NCBI GenBank assembly: GCA_000320545.1
Contig: ADNK01001145.1
Location: forward strand, 1-64,000
Length of the DNA stretch: 64,000 nucleotides
Direction: 5' to 3'
Source: Bigelowiella natans CCMP2755
Lineage: Eukaryota; Protista; Cercozoa
A program made the position numbers and the translations under genes. A model generated the notes under the pieces. It ran no database searches and was not told where the DNA came from. It was given only the letters and a program-made list of their open reading frames with translations. Shown here one piece after another: positions 25,527-38,549 of the stretch (the first letter of the stretch is position 1; each line of letters starts with the position of its first letter).

Positions 25527-27060
25527 ATGTGTGTGTGTGTATGTGTGTGTTTCAGCGAGGTTTTTAATTTTGCCTTACCGCGTTAGATTTCGCCGTTTCA
25601 GCTTTCTTGTTCAAGGCCTTTCTTTCTAAGTTCTGCCATCCAATCAAACCACATTGTCAACCTTTTCTTCAATCCCTTGCTACTTTAATACTCTTTTTTC
25701 ACTCGAATACGGGTCATACCTGAGTACGCTTCACGGCACTCAATTTCCTCGAGACGTCTCTCTCTCTCTTTGCGAAGTAAAATTCCCTCTCATTGTTCTC
25801 CTATAGTAGAAAGAAGCAACGGTCAGTAGTGGTAATTTAGCGGTAGGCATTCTTTCTAGTCGAGGGTGCTGTTCGCTTACCATTTCATTTGATCGCGACG
25901 ATATTTCAGCTGCTTCGACAAAATTGCTGGCGTCGTGGAGGCGTTTCTGTTGTTTATTGGTTTGCATATTGATTTGGTTGTGTAAGTTGATTTTTGAGCC
26001 AAATGGTGCTCGGACAAAGGTGTTTCCTACGAGGGATTTCGGTCTATAAATACTACCTCTACTGTTCGCAGATTTAGAAGATCTCGGGATCCTTTGAAGG
26101 CCGGGTACCTTCTTTGGATTTCTTTCCTGAGAGATAAGCTTTTCGTTAGACTTTTGATTTACGAGTGTATTGCTCAGAGTGTTTACTTCGCAGCTTTTAG
26201 TTGGTCCTCCAGGTGCTCCTGAGAAGACAGATCGGGTGTAAGCTCTACATGAAACTATACTGCCCATTTGGGTTGCTGTCGTTTACCTCTAATATGGCCT
26301 CCTGTAAACTGTACGCCGTTGTAATTTTTCGAAGCTTTGAGTCCCACTTTTCGAGAAGTTGCTTTTCCTCTCGCTAATTTATGGTATCATCTGATGTCAT
26401 TTGAAGCCTCAAGGCCGCATGCATGCAAGCATATATTCTGTAATGTAACACTACAAATGTTCGTCGGAAGAAGGTAGCGCAGGTTTCATCCCATTTCGAT
26501 GTAGATTTCACCTTATATTTAATATGGATGGATGCGGCTTTGCGCCGCTTCTCACTCTTTAAAGCCCCGAGTTCCTCCCTATTTTTACTACGAGGGAAAG
26601 TTTCAGCTGGGAATACTCAATCGTACCACTCGGTGATGTGACGATAATGAGGCAAACCTTGCTTGCTTCTCCAATTCAGCCACTCTCTCTGCATCCTTCT
26701 GGAGATATGCATCGAAATTATAGTGTTTCTGCGAAGGGGATCGCGGCATGGTAAGTATATCGACTGCCTTCAGGACTTCATTCGCGGTAGTCAGAGCAGT
26801 GCAGAAAAATAATGAGTAATCTCTGATGTTTCCAGAGTGTAGATCTAGGTAATGATGAGGCTCGCGCTGCACGGCGATGCACCTGTGAACTTCACTGATC
26901 CCCGAAGTCGCAGTTACTATTTCGGATAGTTTCTGCATGAAAACAAGGACTTGCAGAATCATCTACAGTTACCGTAGATCTACGGAGCGTTTCTGGTCAC
27001 TGGGCGGCTGGGCAGGTTACGCGACTTCTTCCGATTTCCTGTTGGGGAAAATCTACACGA
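25031..27060 (-). CDS. Hypothetical multi-exon protein
   Basis: Successive minus-strand ORF segments (26603-26962, 25740-26267, 25202-25486) are flanked by plausible GT-AG sites. No domain was recognised and both ends are uncertain. Confidence 0.5.
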
Positions 27061-27691
27061 AAACTCTCGCTCACTGAAGACGCTTCTGGCAAATATAGAC
27101 GATTTTTATAAATATTCTCAAAGGGCGTTTATCGATAAAAAAACTATTGTCGCCCGGTCTTTCCCCAACCGAATCGCATGGTTTCCTTCTCCGGTGGACG
27201 CCCCCGGCCATCGATGTAACTTCCCGAGACTGTGATCAAGCACAGCATAGATCCAGATTGTCCTCCGCCCTTCGCCGTCATCCGTGTAGGTCTTTCGTTT
27301 TGGTGCTCTTGCTTCGTGTGGGGGGGGAGGGAGGGGGGGGGCTTGTGTGAGCATGCTCTCACAATTGCACTACTTTGCAACTTTGCTGTTTTTGTTACCA
27401 ATGCCTCAAAGGATGCATGGGAATCTGTGGATTCAAATCTTAATTTTGATACACTGGATGATACCCGAAACTACGGTACAGTGCAGTCTTAGCGTTGGCA
27501 AAGTATTCGTTGAGTTTAAAAATATGTAATTATTAAATCCGCTGTGAAACCATTTGAATGCAGCAGAGAAAACAAACATAAACATAAGAACACGAAAAGT
27601 GCTCTCATCTATCAGAAGTGCATATGAACATAGGATTTTTGCATTGGTGAAGTTACTAGACTTGTGATTCCTTCTACTTCTTGCGTATATT

Positions 27692-29220
27692 ACTTGATGT
27701 TGATGCAGGTATTAGCGTAATTACACTAGCTCACATCGTGCGTGTATATTTGTTGGGCAGACACTCGATTTGAGCAACAATCAGATTGGATCGATTCCAA
27801 AGAGGATATTCAACCTGAAAAACTTGACGGTCAGTCCAGTGCTTCATGGTGATGAAGGCATTAGCGTAACTATACTAGCCCACATCGTGCGCGTATATTT
27901 GATGTGCAGAAACTCGATTTGAGCAACAATCAACTTGGATCGATTCCAAAGGAGTTGTTTCAGCTCAAGGGTCTGAAGGTCAGTCTGGTCTTTGATTTCA
28001 ATGTAGGCATTACCATAAATACACTAGCTGACATCGTGCGTATGTAATTTGTTGGTTAGTATCTCGTATTGAGAAACAATCAGATTGGATCGATTCCAAA
28101 GGAGCTATATCAGCTGGATACCTTGACGGTCAGTCCAGTGCTTGATGTGGATGTAGACATTAGCGTAACTACACCAGCTCACATCGTGCGTATATATTTG
28201 ACGATCAGGAACTCGATTTGAGCAACAATCAGATTGGATCGATTCCAAAGGAGCTGTCCCAGTTGCAAACCTTGATGGTCAGCCCAGTGCTTGATGTGTA
28301 GACATTAGCGTAATGACACTAGCTCACATCGTGGGTGTATGTTTCATGATCAGGAACTCGATTTGAGCAACAATCAGATTGAGGCGATTCCAAAGGAGTT
28401 GTCCCAGCTGAAAAACTTGATGGTCAACCCAGCGCTTCATGTGGATGTAGACATTAGCGTAATGACACTGGCTCACATCGTTGGTGTATGTTTGATGACC
28501 AGGAACTCGATTTGAGCCACAATCAGATTGGATCGATTCCAAGGGTGTTGTCCCAGCTGCAAACCTTGACGGTCAGTCCAGTGCTTGATGTTGATGTTGG
28601 CATTGCACAACTTACATCGTGCGTGTATGTTTGTTGGGCAGAAACTCGATTTGAGCAACAATCAGATTGAATCGATTCCAAAGGAGTTGTCCCATCTGAA
28701 AGATCTGTGGGTCAGTCCAGTGTCTGATATTTAATGTAGGTATTAGCGTAATTACACTAGCTCACACCGTGCGTGCATGTTTGTTGGGCAGACACTCGAT
28801 TTGAGCAACAATCAGATTGGATCAATTCCAAAGGATTTGTCCCAGCTGAAAGATCTGTGGGTCAGTCCAGTGTTTCATGTTTAATGTAGGTATAAACAAG
28901 ATTACACTAGCTCACACCGTGCGTGCATGTTTGTTGGGCAGGAACTGGATTTTAGCCACAATCAGATTGGATCGATTCCAAAGGATTTGTCCCAGCTTAA
29001 AGACTTGAAGGTCAGTTCCGTGCTTGCTATCGAGGTAGGCATCAGGGTAATTACATCATTCCGCATCATGCCTGTATGCCTATTGTTTAGTATCTCGGAT
29101 TGAGCGACAATCAAATTGAATCGATCCCAAAGGAGTTGTCCCAGCTGGAAAACTTGCGGGTCAGTCTAGTGTCTGATGTTGATGTAGGCACTAGCGTAAT
29201 TACACTAGCTCATATCGCTT
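27692..29220 (+). repeat. Tandem array of ~139-150-bp units, each a 70-81-nt intron plus a 69-nt LRR exon (10 units)
   Basis: Exons at 27761, 27910, 28060, 28209, 28354, 28503, 28642, 28792, 28942 and 29091 are each 69 nt. The introns share gtcagtccagtg..tgatg...attagcgtaa..acactagctcacatcgtgcg...ag. Confidence 0.95.
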
Positions 29221-30332
29221 GTAGAAGATATTCTTCATAATTAGCATTTTGCATTCAGACAATTACTTGTTGATTAAAACTAAGCATACGGCGTTATCCC
29301 TCTGGTGATCAAAGTCGTTATAAGCTCGAATTGATTAGGAATTGTTCTCGAAGGGTTTTTTGCAATTTTTTGTCATGGTGACTTAAATGTGCAACATATG
29401 ACATTGATTTTGTGATTTCTACCCCCTTGTTCTATGCATGGCTATCCTGATTATGGTGAATGGATATTCAGGAGTTGAATATTAGCGACAACAAGCTTCG
29501 GATGATTCCAACAGAGTTACTACGCCTTGTAGAATCGAAGGTCGGTCAAGTTTTGGCGGCCTTTAATATAATATGTCTTCTGGCGTTTTTTTTGGTATGT
29601 GGTCGGGTCGTTTTCAGGAGGACTGTTACAATGCTTCTTGTTCGCTGCCTAACATAAAGAGTTTGTTTATTTTAGGGGTTAAGAAAATTAGAGCTGGATT
29701 TAAGGGGAAATAGGCTCAAGATGCAACCGGATTCATTGCCAAAGTCTTGCAATCTTGAGGTATGTTCGGTGTGACTTTTCCTGTGGTTGAGTCAAGGATG
29801 AGGGGCTAATACGCTACAAATTGGCACATGTTCACCCATTCACATACCACCTTTAACTCACACGGTTTTGATTTTTCATGTTATGAAAAGCAATTGTATT
29901 CTAATACGGAGTTCATCTGAACATGTTTTTAAATCATCTGCCACTGCAAATATTTTTCAACACATGCAGCAAATTCATTTTGATGACAAAGAACTGATCA
30001 CAATGAGCTACAATGAAGTCGTGCATCTCAAGGAGCAAGGTCGCTGCCATGACTTTAACAGTATTTATTATATATCAACTGTTCCTCATCGTATCTGTGT
30101 CATAGGCCTGAGAACATGGTTAATGGCCCTGGCAAATATGTACGATATCGAAGAAGAGCATATCAACAAGGTTTATTTCTTATTCAAGCCTAGAAGCAAG
30201 CGCCAAACGCGATGTGTTGCCAACAAGAAAGGATACCAAATCTCATATATCGTGTCATTGCGTGTGCAGTTGATGGACAAAGACTACTCTGCGATGGATC
30301 TTGTGCACGTTGAAATGGAAGAACTAATGGAG
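27761..30332 (+). CDS. Leucine-rich repeat protein, one 23-aa LRR per exon, with a possible SAM-like C-terminal helical domain
   Basis: Spliced phase-0 exons give xLDLSNNQIGSIPKELSQLKxLx ten times, then ELNISDNKLRMIPTELLRLVESK, GLRKLELDLRGNRL... and GLRTWLMALANMYDIEEEHINK|LMDKDYSAMDLVHVEMEELME. Neither the start nor the stop was resolved. Confidence 0.85.
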
Positions 30333-31709
30333 GTATTCCGAAGTTTCATAACCTACCGCTGTCACGATGTACACCTCTACCATCATTGTCCAATTTATAT
30401 GCTTTGACCGATGCTTGTCACTTTGGAAGGATTTGTTTATCGAAATAACCCGAATGGGAAAAGTCTGTTGGTGGTGCTGTGTCCTGCATAGGGATGTGCA
30501 GTGCATTAAAATTACATGCACTGATGGTGATTTTGCACGCTCAACCAGGTCATTGGTAGGAGAGGCCCGGCTTCGACTCTGCACCTATTGTTTTCGAATT
30601 TGAAATCAAGGACCGACCAAACATGTGCTTTCTGACCATTCGATTTTGTTAACAAAATGGGTGATTAGTTTTCTCAGCGTAGCATGACGTGTTCCATTCG
30701 TCCAAATTAGTTCACATGCCACTGTAGTGTCTGACACTATGACGTGCAAATTGTCAAGTATTCATTCGATACACACTGGATTCAAGTCGAGCCGATTTGG
30801 GATCACTGCATTAGCAGTAGGGTTGCTGCGGGATTTTTTGTTCATGGGGACAGATGAATAGTTGTCGCATTTGCTGGCGCGCATGCACAAGTCATATTTA
30901 GAGAAGTGGCATGCACGTTCGTATGGCAAGGTACTGGAGATGTGTAATCACACATATGAGCTCCACAAGTTGTCCATTGGATGCCGTATTCTGTGGCTAA
31001 GTGGTGGCAACACAGGCAACAGCATGAAATGGCCATCACATCGCCGTGACGACACTTTGTCATGTGCATTAGCAGCTCGGCATGCAACGCGCAGAATAAT
31101 CAGATTAGAACTGTGATACTAGCAATAACAATGAATGACCACGCAGTTTGCTGATGTACAATTCTAGAATCAGAAGTAATCGCGCTTGGATACACACATG
31201 CACATCTAGACGAGTTTTACGATTATGCTGCTCCCGGTGTTATATGCGGTGCGACGTACATGCACGTACCAATGCAGATTTACATACGAAGCATCCATGA
31301 GCTATGCACATGCCCATATCCAGCATGGGCGCCAGACACTACACGAACTGGATTGTATACATAATGATAATCGCTATTTTTGATGAAGAAAATTTGGTCT
31401 GCCAACTCTTGGTTTGTACAATCACTGCGGTTATTAGTTGCTCGACTTATACATGAAGACGCGCATTGATTGTGTTCTACTGATATCGCGCTCACGCACG
31501 GTAGCATTGGCATGGCCGTAATTGATAATTTTCAACGCCAAATGTCCAGACAAATCCGGCCCTGTCATCCAATGATCAACAGCTCTTCTATCGAACAAGC
31601 TTGCGAATTTGGTCGTATTGCTGCTACCACGAAAGAAACGAAATGCTTCAACCTAGTTGTCAGCACAGTCGAGGAGCTTTTCAATAATGCGCTTCTCAGT
31701 TGTAGAATC

Positions 31710-32589
31710 TCATTTGCTGGCCTTCTTGTCTTCCTTGATAACCTCGATGACTCTTCCATGCTCATACTTATGAATGGCCTAGCACCCAAATCAACACAAG
31801 AAACGCCATCTTATCTGAGCGCACACACCTGCAATTTGCAGTCTTCATCTATAGCAACATCATGGTCATCATAAGCACCTTCTCGCCGTTCTTCGAGAAA
31901 TACACGCCCTCTCCATGCTGGCAGCCTTTATCGAAAAGTCCCTGCCATCTGGTAAACGGAGGAGAGAACAATATATGATCGACGAGAAAACACGCCGGAT
32001 ATCGTACACACAAGTTGCGTGGGACAGGAGCAAAAGTAATGCGTGTTTTATTGCACTGCGACCTTCCTCCGTCTCGAAAGAATATGGTTCCTTTTCCGGC
32101 AAACACGCCCTCCTTCCAACGGCCCTGAGCAGTGAATCATACGAGGCGTCATCAATCCGCATAGGGGCGGCATAGATACATATGGAAGATCATTGAGGCG
32201 GGTTTTGTGCAGCACCTTGTACTTCTGAAACTCCCCCGATTTATAGGTCATTACACCTTGACCTGTTGCGAAGCTTAGCGTCAGCCAACAAGATGCGTTG
32301 TAGAGATAGGAAATGATTTTTGAAATGCAGGGTTGACGTTGCTGTACCGTGCTTCTTCCCTTCAAAAAAATCTCCGATATAGACACCTATCAGAAGGTAG
32401 GTCGTTCATTGCTGGGTGAGGGGTTTCTCAAGTGTCGGTCATCTTCGCTGTTCTGTCTGGTCTCATTTTTCTAATAAACTCAATATTTATTCTGATGACC
32501 CATTGCAGTTTTGTGTGTGCCTTTTCCGTGCTTCCTTCCGTCCTTCCTATTCGGATGACATCGCGTTGGCTTAGATTTTGGCGTGCAAC

Positions 32590-32620
<31 letters not shown>

Positions 32621-33567
32621 GGATGCTTCAAAGAAAGTTAAAGCGGTTCTGTGAATTTCGCAAAGAAAATCAATAAGGGTATTTGCTACCAGTTGCCGTC
32701 GTACTCCGACCCCGATTTGTACACCAGCTTCCCTTGTCCGTGCCTGTTTCCTCTATTATAACAAAATTGATGCGTGTTAGGAAAGAGAAAAATTGCTCAA
32801 CCTTGCATAGCCAGGTTTCGGAGATGTGTGTTTGTGATCGATATATAGAATATATCAACAAAAAGGTGTATTACGCCAATGCAGATACGACATTTTGAGT
32901 CATTCGTATCGGACATTACGCGTGTGATGAACGGCAAAAGAGAGTTGCGAATTCGGGGATGGACAAATTCTCTTGCATTCGATCGACTTACTTTGAAAAA
33001 TTGCCGACGTATTTCGTCTCACCATCGTTGTACACCTATTTTTATCATCCATTTGAATCGTTCTTCTATGCTCGTAAAACGCCGCCGCCCCCTTTCCCCA
33101 GCTACATTCCATATTAATATACTTCTATATTAAAACGTTGTAGGAAGACCTCTTCCCCGATCCCGCTCGGTTTTGTATCCTTAAATGACCCTGTATAGTA
33201 TCCTCCCTAGACCCCAACAAAACCAACAGTGTGAGCGAGAAGCCGCAGAAGTAGAAACGCTCAGGCAGATCGGTGGCACCACCTTGCTATAGAAGTAGGT
33301 CCCTTTATGGTACTGATCTTTCGCAAAGGTTCCTGCGAATAAGCATGGCCTGAGTGTCGATGTCAACGAGAAGGCAGATACACAACGTTTACCTTCAAAC
33401 CGATCTCCATTCGACAAGTGCTGTATGCCTTTACCATGCCTTTTCCCCTTGCTGTCTCTTTCACCAACATACCTGCAAGCCACGGTTTGTTAGGCAGTTA
33501 GGCAGCTATGGTGCGGCGCATTCAACAATAGACCGCTAGAGCACCTGTTGCGCTTTCGACTGAACAT
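31710..33567 (-). CDS. MORN-repeat protein, multi-exon
   Basis: MFSRKRNR|YVGERDSKGKRHGKGIQHLSNGDRFEG|TFAKDQYHKGTYFY..., GQGVMTYKSG, FAGKGTIFFRDGGR|WQGLFDKGCQHGEGVYFSKNGEK|AIHKYEHGRVIEVIKEDKKASK*. Confidence 0.85.
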
Positions 33568-34821
33568 CTTGACCACACGCGTTACCATGTAAGAAAACGC
33601 CACGATGACTGATGAAGCAGAGGAAGGCAACGGTGGTGTTACGGAGGTATGCAGCGTTATGAAATTAGAAATGTCTTGCAAAATTGTCTTCTATCTCCAT
33701 CGCCGTGCATTATACAATACATATATATAAATTGAACTCACTGATGAACCACCGGAACCAATCCTGGTCCTGGGGAATGATGGATTCGAACATTGGAGCG
33801 AGCGATCAGCCGAAAGAGGGTCCCATTCAGCAGGATTTCAGACCGTTGAGAGTAAGAAACCGGATCAAAATGGCGAAAATTCCCATCATTTCTAACGAGC
33901 GACATCCTCCAAATATTGACGGAAATGCCAGCTAATCGGCGAATTATCTCAGACCTGGAGGCTCCGACATTACGTTTCTGGAACAAGCGTCATCGGGGAA
34001 ACTTCTGGACAAAATCGCCCAGGCCGGCAGCTGATAAATCGTATTTTAATTATTACCTGCGACAAATTCAGGAGGTTGTCGTAGGATTAAAATAGGCCTA
34101 ATTTTCAAGGACCGCCCAACAGATTTCCACGCACCGAAACGAGGAGGGATGATGCGCGCATCCTCGTACACAATGAGTCCATGGGCCACAAACCAGAGCC
34201 TAGGCAGTAAAAGGCGTCCAGGGAGCAAGTTGACAATGAGTTGAACGGTTAGTGAAAGACTGTCATAACGTAGTTTGGTGCCTTGCATCATTTCCTATTA
34301 CTACTACTACACTACTACTACCACGGACAAATTGCGTTCGATCAGCCTTTCCATCTGATGAACGTCCAGACACCTGTGGAATAAAGAGCCGGTCATCGTC
34401 GGCAATTCTACCCAAGGGTTTTCCTTGGGTTCTGCCAACTACGCGGTGTGCCTGACACGGTCCTTAGATCTGCTTCCATTCACCGTTGGATGCACATGAG
34501 TCATAACTGTGCAACAACACTTCTTTCTTCTTTCGTTGTTCAGTTCTTTTCTGTACAACGTTAACGGTTGGAAAATGATTTGTTTCAAACCCATTACGAG
34601 AAGTGAGAGAGAGCCCAAAAAATGAAGAAGGAGGACGGTGTAGAGGGGGGGAGGGGGGAGAGAGAGAGAGAGAGAGAATGAAGGCTGGTGATGAAAATAC
34701 AAGGATCAACCGTATGACGTGACTCCCTCTCGGTGATGATGGCCTTGACGGAGCTTTCGCTTCTCGGCCTCTCACCTGTAGGCATGGTCGAGGATATGAT
34801 TCTGAAACATACTATCTGAGG

Positions 34822-34858
<37 letters not shown>

Positions 34859-35079
34859 ATCTATCTTTCACCTTTTCTCGATCGAAGGGGGATCCCCTTT
34901 TGAGAACTTAAGCTTATGTAATCTGCGCTCATACTCCATACTAAAAATCCAAATTGGCCATGAACCAACACAGGTAAATCTTCAGGGAGGACAGAATGGA
35001 ATGATTGATTACATCGCCGCGAGTTGAGGTGGCGAGGGGAGGACGAGAGCAGTTCTTCTCGCGTAGCGAGGTACCTTCC

Positions 35080-35851
35080 ATGGGGAATGAAGACATCTTT
35101 TTTCGAGAGTTGACTGAGCAACACATTAATTTATTCGCCAATCTCATCACCATCACGCACTGTCGTGAAACCAGAACAGAGACGCTCTCCATCGCTCCTG
35201 TCCTCGATTATCAGTGCAAGAGAAAAGCAGGCTCTTTCAGCCGCTCTCTCGTTTTTAGTCTTGAGAACGGTTTGACAGGCCCGACAGTTTTCTCCTTGAA
35301 TCTCAACGTGCCGCAGATGCAATGCTGTGCATATGTCATTTTGTATGCGTGTGTGTGTGTGTGTGCGTGTGTGGCTCTGTGTTAACTCGCAATAACTTCA
35401 CAGATGAGACGCATCGAAGAGAGCACTCATGGCTGGAGTGACGATTGATAACTACGACCAGGACGATGAGATAATGCCGGGTGATACTAAGGTACCAGAT
35501 GAACTGTTGGCTAGTTTTTTACAACGTTGGACTTCGACCCAACAGGCCGCACGACTTGCTTTGATGATTATTTACTTGCCCTCACTGATAATGATGAGAA
35601 ACATAAATGGATACGCAAATCTGAGCACTTCGCCCTTCCCTCCCCTATATTTTCTTTGCAACCGCGAAACAATCTCATTGCTCTCCCCCTCATTTATTCA
35701 GCTATGGATATCAAACGCTCAGCGTGTCTCGGCGTCACTTCAGAAATGCGAGGTGATGTTCAGGCTAACTTGCCACCTTGCCACCTCACAACAAACATCT
35801 CATGATGAGAAGATTAAATCGCTCTTACCCGCTATGAAAGAAGCCAAATAA
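35080..35851 (+). CDS. Small hypothetical protein, probably 3 exons
   Basis: Coding-like segments MGNEDIFFRELTEQHINLFANL..., MAGVTIDNYDQDDEIMPGDTK and LWISNAQRV...AMKEAK* are separated by intron-like sequence. No domain was recognised. Confidence 0.4.
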
Positions 35852-37309
35852 ACGTGTTAATGATACTGAAGAGAGAGACGAAATATTTTTTGGAATAACG
35901 CCGGCGCGTTTCATGATGGATGCACAAAATGACTTGTGATCAGGGCAGTGCTACGTGTGGCTTCCGAAACCGATGGGATAGCTCATGTCTGCGCGCCTGA
36001 GGACTGTACCTCAAAAGAGATCCTGGCAGCAGAGGATTTCGAATTGAAAACAGTTGTTCCGACGAGTCTCAAGGCCTTCGCTCTCATTTACAACATGATC
36101 GATGCGTGTCGCGATGCACGTTGTGTGTTGATAATCAGAGTTGCAAAACCGTTGTGCGCAGCACCAAATTCATCAGTGCCCTAATTGTTTGTGCATGCCA
36201 TTGTGCTTGCTTGCGCACGATCTAGTGCATTGGCGACAGAAGTCTAGTGACGTTCGCGTCAACGGTACGAAGTCGGCTGAGCATCGTCATCAACCAACGC
36301 CATGACGGTTAAAAGCTCCCTCTTTCCGATCCGCGTGAGAAGCATTTGACCTTCTTTATGCAGCGGAACGTTGGGCCACGCTAGCATGCGCTAGCAGTGA
36401 GCGCTAGCACTGCTAGACTGTCGTGAGGTTTGAGCTCACTTTCGCCCGGCTAGCAGCCGCAGCCTCGATTATCTCGGCCTTCCGCCAACTGCAATTGCAT
36501 CCCCAGCAGCACGCAACACGCTTGATGCCAATCAGTTCAAGTATCAAAGACTCTCTGGCTAGCTAGCTAGCTGGGCAGCATACTAGCATATGTGTCTAGA
36601 TGTCCTCATGCATTTCTAGATTTGGCTAGTTGGCTCGCACTGGCAGTGCGTTGTTGTTGATTTTGCACAAGTAGAAGTGTCGGCCATGCTACAGACAGCA
36701 TCAGTAACTAGGTTAGCACAGACTAGCAGAGCTAGACACACAAACAATGCTAAAATGACCAGCCGCGTCGTCTAGGCACATGCGCATGACTTAAGACACA
36801 TCATTGCACAGACAAGGTGCACATACGTTGTGCACACGCACACTGTCTAACTGTGCCCAGCTAGACAGTCCATAGTGTGCACACTGTTTGTGGCATCTAG
36901 CTAGCTAGGCATGCATCAAGTCATTCCCGCGCGCTGCATCCATATGCACACACTTGTGCGACTCGCTATTTATGGTATTGTGTGTGCAATTGCAATTGCA
37001 TTTGGCATTGTGCTTTTGTTGCCCTTTGCCTGCAATGTGGTACGTTCACACATGCACACACACACACACACACACGCACGCACGCACGCACTGCTGCGAA
37101 TGATGCAAGCACTGTGTATCGTGAAGCCACATACGTATGCTAGTATGCTAAGCTGCATACAACACTACAAAAATAGCCGCCCGCCGCGCCAGCACCAGCG
37201 ATCGACCATTCATTCCAATCCACGGGACCAAATGTACCACATCTACATTCAAGGGATGATTCGCATGGAACGTTGCTGCTTTACTTGAAGACTATTAACT
37301 TCGACGATA

Positions 37310-37785
37310 TCAACAACTACATCTTCTTTCTTTGTTTCTGTGACCTTGTTGCACTCCCCCCTCCTCTTTTCTGGGCATCCTTTCCAAGAGACGCACCGTC
37401 TTCACCGCCTTATTGTGGCATGTAGTGGAATTGTTATTTACATTACGTCATATAGGGTAACAATAATTCGAGCAGCTACAACTACCTACCCCCACACATG
37501 AGGCATCGTCAAACAGAACCATTAATATCATCAACATCACAGCATCGTAACCAATGGTGTTCTTTTTGCTCGCGATTTGTCTTGAAACAAGATTGGCATA
37601 TACTCCTCCTTTTCTAAGCCTGTGGTGGTGGTGTTTCATATGTTTAAGGCGCAGAAAGAGAACAAGGACGTGCACAATACAGACACCTTTTCGACTCAAT
37701 TGCATAAAAGGCTCTGAATATATTATCGTATTCCCAATGTCGCCACCGATTAGCCCTCCCCCCCCCCCCTCTTTTACCTTCTACG

Positions 37786-37826
<41 letters not shown>

Positions 37827-38517
37827 TTGTCATCGGAAAGCAGGAAAGGTTCTCGTTTCTCAGCGAAATCTGGCAGGGACTCCATCCCAATAACATCCAT
37901 CACAATGTGATGATTTATTCTCAGGTGTGTGGTCTTAAACATGCGTGTAGTACAGCTGCTCATGATTGCCAATCTCAACGATACACCCTTTGTGCACCAC
38001 GGCGATCTTGTCCGCATTTTTGACTTAAAATGGTGATAGTGATATTAGCACATACAAACACACACAAACAGACGCACTTATAATGGTGATAGTGATATTA
38101 GCACACGCAAACACACACAAACACACACAAACAGACGCACGCCAAAAACATAAGAGCCAAACTTAAAAACCCCGTAGCACCGATATATCGTAAGGACAGG
38201 CAGCAGAACTCAGAAAATACTGCTACTACCCGTCGAGAGACGATGTGCTACAAGGACTACAGTTGAGCGCGATTGAGAAATCAGCCGGTCTAAAGCCTAA
38301 TGAAACGGGTGGCAGCGACTCTCAGAAAGCAATGATGATTATCACGGTGCCGACGACCGCGATGACGTGACTGGTGATTATGATGAAAGGGCTGATGAAA
38401 ATGCAAGAGGATAAGGAAATAGCATGAGTATGAGGAACAGCTAGTGCGCCCACCTCCTGTACAAGGGCCTCTGATTCCGCGTCTAAAGCAGATGTAGCCT
38501 GTGCGAGAATATATCAA

Positions 38518-38549
<32 letters not shown>

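Noticed and set aside
27692-29220. Regular repeat array resembling CRISPR or a diversity-generating retroelement
   Set aside because: The whole unit is repeated with no unique spacers, the units are GT-AG exon/intron pairs, differences are not adenine-specific, and no cas gene or intact RT is present.
33690-34860. Possible additional gene between the MORN gene and the small hypothetical
   Set aside because: I could not assemble a consistent spliced frame or find any motif.
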